Below, in pieces: positions 29,284 through 39,485 of a stretch of 64,000 bases of DNA. Every line of letters starts with the position of its first letter. Position 1 is the stretch's first letter. The notes beneath the pieces were generated by a model. That model saw only the letters and a program-made list of their open reading frames with translations. It was not told the origin of the DNA and did not search any database. Both the position numbers and the translations under genes were made by a program. Source of the stretch: Bdellovibrionota bacterium (GTDB lineage: Bacteria; Bdellovibrionota_C; UBA2361; JBIKUX01); NCBI GenBank assembly GCA_044347345.1, contig JBIKUX010000007.1:42310-106309 (forward strand), read 5' to 3'.

Positions 29284-32200
29284 CTATAATGTGGCGGCTA
29301 CTTCACGAACTTCAAAAACTTCAAGAATATCTCCGACTTTAATATCATTGAAATTTTCAACCCCGATACCACATTCATAGCCACTCTGAACTTCTTTAAC
29401 GTCGTCCTTAAAGCGTCGTAGACTTGACATTCTACCTGTATAAATGAGTCGACCATCACGCACTACACGAACATGCGCACCACGACGAACGTTACCATCA
29501 CTAATATAACAACCAGCAATTGTACCAATTTTAGGAACAACAAAAGAATTTCTAACCTCAGCACGCCCAAGCGATACCTCTTCTTTAATTGGATCTAGGA
29601 GACCCACCATGGCCTTCTTAATATCATCTAAAAGCTCATATATAACCCTGTAAAATCTTACCTGAATACCGAGTCTTTCAGCTTCAGCTAAGGCTCGCAC
29701 TTCACCGCGCACACCGAATCCTACAACAATAGCTTTTGAGGCAACGGCAAGTTGCACATCATTTTCTGTTACACCGCCTACTCCACCATGAAGCACCCTA
29801 ACTCTTACTTTATCGGTACTTAGTGCCAGTAAGGCCGCACTAACGGCTTCAAGAGAGCCATGTACATCAGTCTTAGCAATTACATTTAACTCTTCTGGCT
29901 CCTCGCTGGAAGCGCGTCGAGAAAACTCTTCTAAACTGATTGGACCACTAGCTCGAGCCCGATCAATGACGGCTGCTTTTTCAAGCCTATGGCTTGCTAT
30001 TTCGCGAGCCTGCCCTTCTTCAAGCACGATAAAAAAATCATCTCCAGCTTGGGGTGGAGCATTGAACCCAGAAATTTCTACGGGCATTGAGGGGCCTGCC
30101 TCGTCAATACGTTCCCCTCTTTCATTCTCCATTGATCGCACACGGCCGTAATCAGTTCCTGCTACAAAAATATCACCAATTCTTAGAGTTCCACTCTGGA
30201 CTAATACAGTTGCAACAGAACCCCGACCACGCTCTTGGCTGGCTTCAACAACTACCCCTCTAGCTCGTCTCTCTGGATTGGCCTTAAGCTCCCGAATGTC
30301 AGCAAGCAATAAAATTCCGTCAATAAGCTCAGCTACGCCATCCCCCTTAAGCGCGGATACTGGAAAGAACATGGTATCACCACCCCAGTCTTCCGGCTGT
30401 AATCCATACTCTGCCAGCTGCTGCTTTACCCGATCTGGATTAGCATCGCGCTTATCCATTTTATTGACTGCTACAACGATAGGTACCTCAGCCGCTTTAG
30501 CGTGATTAATTGCTTCGATAGTTTGAGGCATAACGCCATCATCAGCAGCGACCACCAAAATTACGATATCCGTTACCTTAGCTCCGCGAGCCCTCATAGA
30601 GGTAAATGCCGCATGACCAGGTGTATCGATGAAGGTAACAGCCTTTCCTTCAGCAGTTTTAACTTGATAAGCTCCAATGTGCTGAGTAATGCCCCCGTGT
30701 TCTCGCTCTGCCACGCTACTCTTCCGAATATAATCGAGTAAAGATGTTTTTCCGTGGTCAACGTGACCCATGACAGTAACAACTGGAGGACGAGGCAATA
30801 ACTTTGTTACGTCATCCTCAACTAGCTCCTCTTTAAAGATGTCCTCATCAAAAGCGGTGTTTTCAACTTGATAACCAAATTCATCAGCTATTATCGTTGC
30901 GGTGTCCCTATCAATAGACTGGTTAATTGTGGCAAGTACACCAAGGGACATTAACTTTTGCATGACCTCACCAGCTTTTAAACTGAGCTGACGAGCCAGT
31001 TCACCTACAGTTATTGCATCGGCAAGCTTAATTACTCTTTTTGATGCCTTTGGACCTTTAACCTCAGCAACTGAAGCTCCTTTGATTAAATCCTTACCTC
31101 CTTTACTGCTCTTTAATGATCTAGTTGACCTACGACTCCCCTCTCTTCCATCGTAATCAATCAAATCAATGCGGGATATCTCTCTTTTGCGCGATTTACC
31201 TCGACCTTTCCTAGCAGTTTCGTCGTCTTCATCATCTAAAATTGTAGGCACTCCGATCCGACTGATTGTGCTGGCGTTAGATAAAACAGAACTAGAAACA
31301 GCACTAGTGGCTACTACACCTGGTGTTGAAGAAGTGCGTTTTGCCTCTACTTTTGCCGCCTTGCGATGAATTGGTAACTCAATTCGGCCAAGAATCCGTG
31401 GGCCTGAAGCTTTAGGAGTTACGCGAGTTCCGATAGTACTTTCTTCCATGTCTAAATTTACACTACTTTTACCTCTAGCTACATGCGCTTCCTCTTCCTG
31501 CTCTTCTTCTATTTCACTTGCTATTTCTTCCGGCTCAACCGTAACCACCAACAACTGTTCGTCCGCAGCAGGCTCCTCATCAAGGTCATCCGTCGGATCT
31601 AGCTCTTCAAATTGACGAACATTAGCTTCATCGACTTGTAACCCAAGTAGTGCGTGATTATCGACTGTAGCACTACCAACCACCTCCAAATTATCCGAGG
31701 TAGCATCAGCTTCTTCTTCTTCCGGTGTTAACTCATCTTCAGTGAATAAAAAACTAGTTTCCCTCCGCTTACCATCTAATATCTGAAATTCATCATGTTG
31801 GGCTTCTGGCGCACTAGAGCCACTCATTGTATCAGACTCTTCAACTTTCCCTCTAACTCGAGCGACAAGTTGCTCAACGTCGCTATTTTGAACTGCTCCC
31901 ACTTCAGATAAACTTTTGTCACTTACGTTACCAGCAAACGATTTTGCTAATGCCAACTCATGACGCTCCCCTTCATTAGAGACCACGACATACCCTGCCC
32001 CGATTTTTCCGGAAGTTTTCCCAGAATTTACCTCTAAATTACCCTGTTGATTTGGAGTATTCTTTACAGACCCTACACTCTTAAGATCAGAGTCTTCAGA
32101 TTCTTTAGATAACGACTCTTTAGGTGAACTGTCACTAATTCCTTTTAATGAACCTGATGCTACTGAGAATTGCCCTCCGCTACTAGTAGCCGTGCGTACA

Positions 32201-32571
32201 GAAACGGTACTGGATTTACTAGAATTGTTATTATTAATGCTACCATCAGTACCGGTACCTTGCCGACGACGGATAATAACGCCACCCGCTCTTTGCTCAA
32301 CAAACGTATCCTCACCTCTAGTGACTCTGCGCACTACTGTCCCTTTTTGATCAGGAACACTGACAGCCGCAGACTTTGTAGTACCGTTCGATAACGCACC
32401 TGTAGCCTGGCGAAGTAGAGCCCGACGCAATGTCTCGACCTGCTTATCATCGAGAGAGTGGGAGTGAGATGTTTTATCTCGATACCCTAACTCTTGAGCC
32501 TTAACAATAACCACTTTATTGTCGACCCCTAGCTCTTTTGCAAGCTCATAAATTCTCATTCGCGACATCAT
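29284..32571 (-). CDS. infB: Translation initiation factor IF-2 (1095 aa)
   Basis: RIYELAKEL, VMGHVDHGKT, DTPGH, NKMD, SSLRRFKDDV. Confidence 0.97.
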   Translation of the reverse strand: MMSRMRIYELAKELGVDNKVVIVKAQELGYRDKTSHSHSLDDKQVETLRRALLRQATGALSNGTTKSAAVSVPDQKGTVVRRVTRGEDTFVEQRAGGVIIRRRQGTGTDGSINNNNSSKSSTVSVRTATSSGGQFSVASGSLKGISDSSPKESLSKESEDSDLKSVGSVKNTPNQQGNLEVNSGKTSGKIGAGYVVVSNEGERHELALAKSFAGNVSDKSLSEVGAVQNSDVEQLVARVRGKVEESDTMSGSSAPEAQHDEFQILDGKRRETSFLFTEDELTPEEEEADATSDNLEVVGSATVDNHALLGLQVDEANVRQFEELDPTDDLDEEPAADEQLLVVTVEPEEIASEIEEEQEEEAHVARGKSSVNLDMEESTIGTRVTPKASGPRILGRIELPIHRKAAKVEAKRTSSTPGVVATSAVSSSVLSNASTISRIGVPTILDDEDDETARKGRGKSRKREISRIDLIDYDGREGSRRSTRSLKSSKGGKDLIKGASVAEVKGPKASKRVIKLADAITVGELARQLSLKAGEVMQKLMSLGVLATINQSIDRDTATIIADEFGYQVENTAFDEDIFKEELVEDDVTKLLPRPPVVTVMGHVDHGKTSLLDYIRKSSVAEREHGGITQHIGAYQVKTAEGKAVTFIDTPGHAAFTSMRARGAKVTDIVILVVAADDGVMPQTIEAINHAKAAEVPIVVAVNKMDKRDANPDRVKQQLAEYGLQPEDWGGDTMFFPVSALKGDGVAELIDGILLLADIRELKANPERRARGVVVEASQERGRGSVATVLVQSGTLRIGDIFVAGTDYGRVRSMENERGERIDEAGPSMPVEISGFNAPPQAGDDFFIVLEEGQAREIASHRLEKAAVIDRARASGPISLEEFSRRASSEEPEELNVIAKTDVHGSLEAVSAALLALSTDKVRVRVLHGGVGGVTENDVQLAVASKAIVVGFGVRGEVRALAEAERLGIQVRFYRVIYELLDDIKKAMVGLLDPIKEEVSLGRAEVRNSFVVPKIGTIAGCYISDGNVRRGAHVRVVRDGRLIYTGRMSSLRRFKDDVKEVQSGYECGIGVENFNDIKVGDILEVFEVREVAATL

Positions 32572-32739
32572 TAAATTATCCTACACCGTTACAATTTTTA
32601 GTTACGGTTTTCTAATTTGTTACACTAGTACATTCCAGGGCTTTAAACGGTATGTTGCATCAACTAACATCAGATTAATGAACATTAACTGAAAACAACA
32701 AAGAAATCATTACCCACTTAATTCATACACTATCTTGCT

Positions 32740-33249
32740 CTAAGAAGCATCCAGGGATCTCAGCTCTTCTACCAGCTTAGCAACAGCTCCGGATAGCAAA
32801 CTTTCGGATGGCAGAAAACTCCCAGATTCCTTTTCTACAACTCTAAGCTTCCTCAATCTACGACTAGAATGGCTACGACTACCTATAACTCTACCTAAAA
32901 CACGAGTGAGCGCCCTAGAGCCTCGCTTACTACATTCCAACAATCCAATACATGACTCCGTTGGATGAATGTACGCCCCACGACACTGCTCTGTCATACC
33001 ACGATCAACAGTAAATATTTTTTTCGCCAGATCCTTATCAGATAAAATTTCAGGTTCTCCTATAGCATTGCTACTATCTTCACTACTATGTAGACCGCGC
33101 CTATAACCAAATACTACTCTAACCAAATTTTTCTTGGGTTCTCGCCTTTGACAGGATATACACATCCTCACAGGCTCGTCACTCTTAATCAACTTAGCAG
33201 CTTTACTCGAACTTTTTGATATACAGCTCTTTTTATATTTAACTATCAC
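32740..33249 (-). CDS. ylxR: YlxR/DUF448 RNA-binding protein
   Basis: PVRMCISCQRR..K..LVRVV...RGAYI...C; lies between nusA and infB. Confidence 0.8.
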   Translation of the reverse strand: MIVKYKKSCISKSSSKAAKLIKSDEPVRMCISCQRREPKKNLVRVVFGYRRGLHSSEDSSNAIGEPEILSDKDLAKKIFTVDRGMTEQCRGAYIHPTESCIGLLECSKRGSRALTRVLGRVIGSRSHSSRRLRKLRVVEKESGSFLPSESLLSGAVAKLVEELRSLDAS

Positions 33250-33388
33250 TTTAAAATGCGCTTTTATATAAAATGAATTGATTTAAATTAACAGTAAGTC
33301 CCAGCTTTATTTAATTTACGGCCTCATTTAATTCACAGCCTTATTAGGCTCAAATATTTTACTTTTCTCCTCTCCATACCAAATCCTT

Positions 33389-34861
33389 CTACCTTAACGG
33401 GCTTCGGCGCAAAAACTCCTCAGCCGCCACTCTCACAGCCTCAATCTCTTCAGCAGTAAACCCAGAAAGTTGACTTAACTCTTCATCTCGCTCTACCAAA
33501 CCTTGTATGCCGGTAAACCCATTTTCAAGCAACCTTTGCACCAAAGATTTCTCAATACCAAGTCCAGTTAAATCTGTTGTTTCAAGTGGATCAACTTCTT
33601 CCCCAAGAAGGCCATTTTCACGGAGCTCTTCAACGTGCGCCTTTGCACTCTGAATAATCTGCTGAGCACGCTCGTCGGTCATTCCATGCAAACTAGCTAT
33701 TTCGTCACAGCTCACTTCACTCACCTCTAACGCACTACGAAATCCTTCCTGAAATAGTAATTCCGCTTCCGTAAAAGTTATTCCAGGAATGCTGTCAAGA
33801 GATGCTCTCGCTCTTTTTGACTCTTTTTCAGCTACCGACGCACTAATTACATCAATTTTCCAGCCCGTTAACTTACTTGCAAGCTTAACATTTTGTCCCT
33901 TACGACCAATAGCTAGTGGAAGCTGATCATCTGCAACGATTACCTCCATAGCGTGAGCCGAATCATCAAGCACGACTCTGTTAACTACCGCGGGAGCAAG
34001 AGATCTCGCCACATAAGATGGCTCATCCGGAGTCCAAGTAACTATATCAATTCGCTCTCCACGAAGCTCCTGACGAACAGCTTGAACTCGTGTACCCTTT
34101 ACTCCAACACAGGCTCCTACCGGATCAACTCCGGAATCGTTAGAGTGCACCGCTATTTTAGCTCTATCCCCAGGTTCACGAGCAACAGATTTAATCTCAA
34201 TTACCCCTTCTGCCATCTCTGGCACTTCAAGCTCAAAGAGCTTTTTCAAAAATTCAGGATGACTCCGCGTGAGAACTATTTGTGGACCACGTGCAGTTCG
34301 ATCTATGTCTAAGATCATACTACGTACTCGGTCACCCTGCCTGTATCGTTCACGCAAAATCTGCTCACGGCGAGGCAATATAGCCTCAGTACGACCGAGG
34401 TTAACTATCACGTTCCCACGGTCGTACCTTTGAACGATTCCGTTAATGAGTTGCCCTCGAGAATTCTTGAATTCTTCATAAATTACCCCCCGCTCTGCAT
34501 CTCGCACCTTTTGGGAGATAACTTGCTTAGCGGTTTGTGCGGCGATTCTGCCAAGAACAGTTGTATCAAGTTGTTGGCCAAATTCGTCGCCTATCATAGA
34601 ATCAGGATCATAAACTCTCCTTGCTTCCTCGAGAGATATTTGAGTTCCCGAATCAATAACTGTACTAACTACCGTCCTAAATTGCCGAACCTCAATATCT
34701 CCCGTACTAAAATTAATCTCTACTTCAAGATTAAGACTGTGGCCGAAGTGTTTTTTAGCCGCAGACAGCATGGCAGATTCAACAGCCTCAACGAGAACCG
34801 CTCTATCTATTCCTTTATCTTTACCTATTTGGGTAATAATCGCATTTAAATCGAACGACAT
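33389..34861 (-). CDS. nusA: Transcription termination factor NusA
   Basis: GRIAAQTAKQ, AREPGDRAKIAV, AIGRKGQNV; C-terminal HhH repeats. Confidence 0.97.
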   Translation of the reverse strand: MSFDLNAIITQIGKDKGIDRAVLVEAVESAMLSAAKKHFGHSLNLEVEINFSTGDIEVRQFRTVVSTVIDSGTQISLEEARRVYDPDSMIGDEFGQQLDTTVLGRIAAQTAKQVISQKVRDAERGVIYEEFKNSRGQLINGIVQRYDRGNVIVNLGRTEAILPRREQILRERYRQGDRVRSMILDIDRTARGPQIVLTRSHPEFLKKLFELEVPEMAEGVIEIKSVAREPGDRAKIAVHSNDSGVDPVGACVGVKGTRVQAVRQELRGERIDIVTWTPDEPSYVARSLAPAVVNRVVLDDSAHAMEVIVADDQLPLAIGRKGQNVKLASKLTGWKIDVISASVAEKESKRARASLDSIPGITFTEAELLFQEGFRSALEVSEVSCDEIASLHGMTDERAQQIIQSAKAHVEELRENGLLGEEVDPLETTDLTGLGIEKSLVQRLLENGFTGIQGLVERDEELSQLSGFTAEEIEAVRVAAEEFLRRSPLR

Positions 34862-34906
34862 TACTCTTCTTTACCTCTCACTCTTTTGCGACTAATTTTT
34901 TTTACA

Positions 34907-35464
34907 TCAGAAAACAAAATCCACTCGACACTCCAACACCGAAGATAATTTTATAGATTTCTTTAAACCCTTCGGAAGAATAGTGACAATAATTTCATCT
35001 ACCAATCCGTCCTCATTACTCCTTACCTCATCTAAAAGAGCTCGGCTCTTATATTTTTTAAACTTACCATTTTGCTCTTCATGGTAAGTTATATCGATAC
35101 GCTGACTTACGGCCATAGTAAAGTGCTCAGGTCGTCGAAGTCTTCTGTTAATTCCAGGCGTAGAAACCTCCAGTGTTACCTCACCTGGCATTAATGAATC
35201 CACCTCTGGATGGTCAAGTATAAGCCGACTAAGCGCTGCACAGTGTTCATGAGTAACTCGTTGTTCATGAGTAACTCGTTGTTCAGGAGTAACTCGTTGT
35301 TCAGGAGTAATTAGCTCAACACCACTTTTGCCCTCTATAAAAATTCGTAACACTCCGTCAGCTTCGCAAGGGGGTTCAATATCATAGATAATGCAACCCA
35401 CACGGTCAGCCGCTATCGCGACTTCTTGCCAAACATAATCGGAGAGAGAAAAATCCTGAACCAC
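34907..35464 (-). CDS. rimP: Ribosome maturation factor RimP
   Basis: LRIFIE, LEVSTPGINRRL; lies upstream of nusA. Confidence 0.9.
   Translation of the reverse strand: MVQDFSLSDYVWQEVAIAADRVGCIIYDIEPPCEADGVLRIFIEGKSGVELITPEQRVTPEQRVTHEQRVTHEHCAALSRLILDHPEVDSLMPGEVTLEVSTPGINRRLRRPEHFTMAVSQRIDITYHEEQNGKFKKYKSRALLDEVRSNEDGLVDEIIVTILPKGLKKSIKLSSVLECRVDFVF
35244..35310. repeat. 18-bp tandem repeat (about 3.7 units) within rimP
   Basis: TGTTCA(T/G)GAGTAACTCGT units encoding TPEQRV/THEQRV. Confidence 0.9.
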
Positions 35465-35942
35465 AATACTAACTAAAACTTTTAAATAACAGCAAACAAA
35501 ACTATCTAATTTATCTAAAAACTACAGTACTATACCCTTTACACAACCCAGATTCTAGAAATACAGACTCTAGAAATCTAAACCTTAGGAGAACTGCAAT
35601 TTATCCAACCAGTAAACATCAAACATAGCTCCAAATTTAGCTGGTTTACCAATCAGCTAAATGCCATCTTTCCAATGCCTTAACATTTTAATTAGCAGAC
35701 CAAGTGCCTAGCTACTCCCTAGTAGCTAGGAAACTCTAAATTTAGCTCCCTGAAAATGTTACTGAAATATGAGTAGTGAGTTACCACTTTAAAACGAAAT
35801 ACTTAATAATAACATCTTACTAGAGAGGCAAAATGGTGCGTTAGAGACATGAATAAACGAAAACCGTTTACAAAGAATAACTTAGTACTTTTTTATTGTA
35901 AACGGCATATACTTAGCTTTCATACCTTAAAATGACGACAGC

Positions 35943-36734
35943 CTACAAAGCAACCTTAAGAGAAGTAATTGCTTGCAAATCCTCTTTCTCCCTCCCCTTA
36001 GCTGGTACGTTGTCATAAGTTTGACGAATCGTAAACACAAGAGCGAGGTTAGTAGCCAGTGCCGACTCTATTCCTACTTCACCAATCACAAGATAGTTGT
36101 CTGAATTTTCTACATCCATCAACACGCTTGCTGATTGATAAACCTTAGAAGTACAGGAAATAATCCATTCAAATTTATCGCCGATACGAGGTGCAAGATA
36201 GTCGTGAGTTATGCCTCCTTCCCTCTCAAAAACATAAGATGGACCTCCTTCAAGCCTAAAACTAACTGTCGGATTTTTCCAAAAATAGTATCCAAATCCT
36301 GGATCTAAGGTGAGACGATAATCAACATCAGCTATTTCATCATAAAGAAAGAAGGTTCCAAAACCAGCAAACCAACGCTCGTTGACCAACCGGTCATAGC
36401 GCAACTGAGAACGAAAATCATTTCGATTAGTCTGACCAAACTGGTCAGTCTTGGCATTAGAATCTTCACCGTAGTTATAAGCCGCCATTAAATCGTAAAT
36501 ATTGCGATTACTCTCCCGGGTTGCCTTTCCACCTAGATTAAGCACTGTTGTTTCACTGTTTCCCTTAGTAATATTTAAACCAGCACTTATACTTTTGTTC
36601 CACTGATCTAAAACCTTTTTCGGAGCACAAGGGTCAAGGACAGGGTCGCATGCGGCATGAACTTCTTGAAAACCTAAATGAAGACAAAACACTAATAATA
36701 AAATGAATCGAACTAAACAGGATGTTTTTAACAT
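35943..36734 (-). CDS. DUF481 (YdiY-like) outer-membrane beta-barrel
   Basis: Signal peptide; W..SISAG.N.TKGNSET; GPSYVFE; YDNVPA.GREKED. Confidence 0.85.
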   Translation of the reverse strand: MLKTSCLVRFILLLVFCLHLGFQEVHAACDPVLDPCAPKKVLDQWNKSISAGLNITKGNSETTVLNLGGKATRESNRNIYDLMAAYNYGEDSNAKTDQFGQTNRNDFRSQLRYDRLVNERWFAGFGTFFLYDEIADVDYRLTLDPGFGYYFWKNPTVSFRLEGGPSYVFEREGGITHDYLAPRIGDKFEWIISCTSKVYQSASVLMDVENSDNYLVIGEVGIESALATNLALVFTIRQTYDNVPAKGREKEDLQAITSLKVAL

Positions 36735-36789
36735 TGAGAGGCCTCATCATGTAAATCAACAATTTTTAATTGCGAGTGAGGCTACTACA

Positions 36790-36836
36790 AATAAAAAAAT
36801 GGGTCATCTTTTATGTGGACTTTCCCGCTTTTTATT
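36790..36836 (-). terminator. A/T-flanked hairpin (terminator or rimP-leader-like)
   Basis: AATAAAAAGCGGG...CCCATTTTTTTATT on the minus strand. Confidence 0.35.
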
Positions 36837-36899
36837 CCCCCTCTTGTAAAGAATTAAGTGAAAAAAAAGATTATGTGCACTAGTAAAAATTCACGAATC

Positions 36900-37790
36900 T
36901 TAAGCTTCAGAGAGTTCACGCTCCAATAACCTAAAATACTGATCGGCACGACCATAAGCAGATGCATATCCTGTATGTGAAGCAAATCGCAATAATCGAA
37001 TTTCACTTCTTGCAGGAAGACTCCGATCAGGATGATATCTCTCCCAGTCACCTCTTTCATAAGCCACAACCAGCTCTCTCGCACTGGCTATAATTCTTCT
37101 TGCTTCCGAACGTAATTTTTCTTCGGGAGTAAGCTCTCGACCCTCAACAAATACATTAATAATTGGCAAAATACCCCGTTGAGCTAGATAACGATTCACT
37201 ACAATTTGCGGCGAAAAACCAAAATCATTGTGTAACCTGTAATCAATTTTACTTTGGATAAATTTTACCTCGTTAGCCATGGAGATAAACTGATACCCTA
37301 AATGAACCAAGGCAAGTAAATCGCCGACTGAAGCCAATATTGCTGCAGTATGAACCAATGTCACCGACTCAACCGTCATAGCCTCAGCTATAAACCGAGC
37401 AACCTTGCCAATCATAGTGCCTCTTAAAAGAAGAGCATCGTACCACCACCGCTCTTCACCCTTGAGAGGAAAACCAGTTAACTGGCGATCCATGACAGAC
37501 AAAAATGACTGAAGTCCATTCTCTCCTAGACGGATTACTGATTGCTCAAGCGACGATAACGGTGCTAATCCAGACCCAGAAAGACGATTAGCCGCACAAA
37601 GAAGCTCTAAAGTAAGTACAGGATCATCCAATAAGACTTCGCGTAACTGATTCGGACGTAAATTCTTATTAGACGCTAGAAGGTGCACTCGTCCTAAAGA
37701 ATTGGCCGAAGGAGCAAGTGCCCTCTGATAAATCTTAGATAGTGGCTCTTGCTTTTTATTAGGAGAATTAACAGTTAACCGACGCCTCAT
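36900..37790 (-). CDS. Stand-alone HDOD domain protein
   Basis: L..VLLDDPVLTLELL.AAN...SSLEQSVIRLG, AAILASVG.L. Confidence 0.75.
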   Translation of the reverse strand: MRRRLTVNSPNKKQEPLSKIYQRALAPSANSLGRVHLLASNKNLRPNQLREVLLDDPVLTLELLCAANRLSGSGLAPLSSLEQSVIRLGENGLQSFLSVMDRQLTGFPLKGEERWWYDALLLRGTMIGKVARFIAEAMTVESVTLVHTAAILASVGDLLALVHLGYQFISMANEVKFIQSKIDYRLHNDFGFSPQIVVNRYLAQRGILPIINVFVEGRELTPEEKLRSEARRIIASARELVVAYERGDWERYHPDRSLPARSEIRLLRFASHTGYASAYGRADQYFRLLERELSEA

Positions 37791-37844
37791 TTTAATAGAG
37801 CATCTCAATAAAAAAAAATAAAATCAGCCCTTAGTCACTTACCA

Positions 37845-39356
37845 CTACCACTGCATATGAAATAACCCTGATACATCAATACGGGCAAATGTATGAGCTC
37901 CAAAAAAATCACGCTGAGCCTGGGTTAAATTTTGCGGAAGGCGAGCTGTTCGATAAGAATCAAAATAAGCAAGCGAGGCTGCCAAAGCCGGAACTGGAAT
38001 CCCCACCGATGCTCCGTAAGCTACAACTTTTCGTAAAGAACCAACAGTTCGCAAAACTTCCGTCCTCATACTAGGCGCAAGAAGAAGGTTAGGTATCTCA
38101 AGCGTTTGATTAAAAGCGTTCGAAATTTCATCTAAAAAACGCGCTCGTATTATACATCCTCCCCGCCAAATTTTGGCGATGGTGCCGAGATTTAGCCCCC
38201 ATCTCCGAGCGTCTGAAGCTACCCGTAAAAGATAGAGGCCTTGAGCATACGAAAGTATTTTTGCCGCATACAAAGCATCGTGAACTTCATTGGTGGTAAT
38301 GTGAAAAGCACCTTCGCTGCCACAATCATTCAATGAATCGCAATTTAAAACTTCACTAGCTAATACTCTCTCTTTTTTTAATGAACTAAGAACTCTTGCA
38401 TCTACTGCTGAAGCTATGGTTGGAATGCTTACTCCTAGTTCAAGGGCTGATATTACTGTCCACTTTCCTGTACCTTTTTGCTCGGCTGCATCCAAAATTT
38501 TATCAATTAAGTATCCATCGCTACGATCATCACGACAACTAAAAATCTTCGCAGTAATCTCAATTAAAAAACTTTCAAGTACTCCTTCATTCCATCGACT
38601 AAAAATTTCGCTAAGTTGCAAAGGTGTCTGATGAAGACCCCGATGTAAAATATCGTATACTTCAGCAATTAGCTGCATATCTCCGTATTCGATACCATTA
38701 TGCACCATCTTCACAAAATGCCCTGCACCATCTGGTCCCATATATGCAGTACATGGCTCGCCGTGGACTGAGGCAGCTATCCTGGATAATAAGGGAGACG
38801 CTTCTTCCCAAGCTTTTTGCTCGCCACCAGGCATAATACTGGCACCATTGAGTGCTCCTTCTTCTCCTCCAGATATTCCAACGCCTAAAAAAAAGATTCC
38901 CCTTGAACGACACTCCAACTCTCTACGAATAGTATCTTCGTAGTGAGCGTTACCGCCGTCTATCAGTATGTCTCCTTTATCCAAAAGTGGCATAATTTGA
39001 CCAAGAAGCTGATCCACCGGAGCTCCTGCCTTGACCATCATGATAATTTTTCGAGGTCTCTCGATAGCTTGAACAAAACTTTCCAAAGAGTCGGTATAAA
39101 TAAAATTACTTTGGGGATGCTGCTTTACAAAATTAGAAGTACGCTCAGTCGTGCGATTGTACACAGCACAAGAAAAGCCGTTTCTTTCGATGTTCCGAGC
39201 TAAATTTTCACCCATAACGGCAAGACCAATTAAGCCTACAGCCGCTCTAGAACAATTTTTCTTTGCTTCAAACGAAGCATCCTTGTTTACATCACCAGCG
39301 CCTTTAGTGCGGCTGCTTTTTGACGATGATGTATGCAACTCAATTACTTCGCCCAT
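37845..39356 (-). CDS. gndA: 6-phosphogluconate dehydrogenase (NADP, decarboxylating)
   Basis: GLAVMG, DGGN, SGGEEGA, VKMVHNGIEY, QRDFFGAH. Confidence 0.97.
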   Translation of the reverse strand: MGEVIELHTSSSKSSRTKGAGDVNKDASFEAKKNCSRAAVGLIGLAVMGENLARNIERNGFSCAVYNRTTERTSNFVKQHPQSNFIYTDSLESFVQAIERPRKIIMMVKAGAPVDQLLGQIMPLLDKGDILIDGGNAHYEDTIRRELECRSRGIFFLGVGISGGEEGALNGASIMPGGEQKAWEEASPLLSRIAASVHGEPCTAYMGPDGAGHFVKMVHNGIEYGDMQLIAEVYDILHRGLHQTPLQLSEIFSRWNEGVLESFLIEITAKIFSCRDDRSDGYLIDKILDAAEQKGTGKWTVISALELGVSIPTIASAVDARVLSSLKKERVLASEVLNCDSLNDCGSEGAFHITTNEVHDALYAAKILSYAQGLYLLRVASDARRWGLNLGTIAKIWRGGCIIRARFLDEISNAFNQTLEIPNLLLAPSMRTEVLRTVGSLRKVVAYGASVGIPVPALAASLAYFDSYRTARLPQNLTQAQRDFFGAHTFARIDVSGLFHMQW

Positions 39357-39485
39357 TTTTAGTGCTCCTTAAAATTTGCAAGATTTGGGAAAGATACGCG
39401 AAAGGTCGCTTTCTGAAAAGAAGTGACAAAAAAATCCTCTTCCTAAACATGGCCTAGAAAAACAAAACAGAATATAAATCTAACT

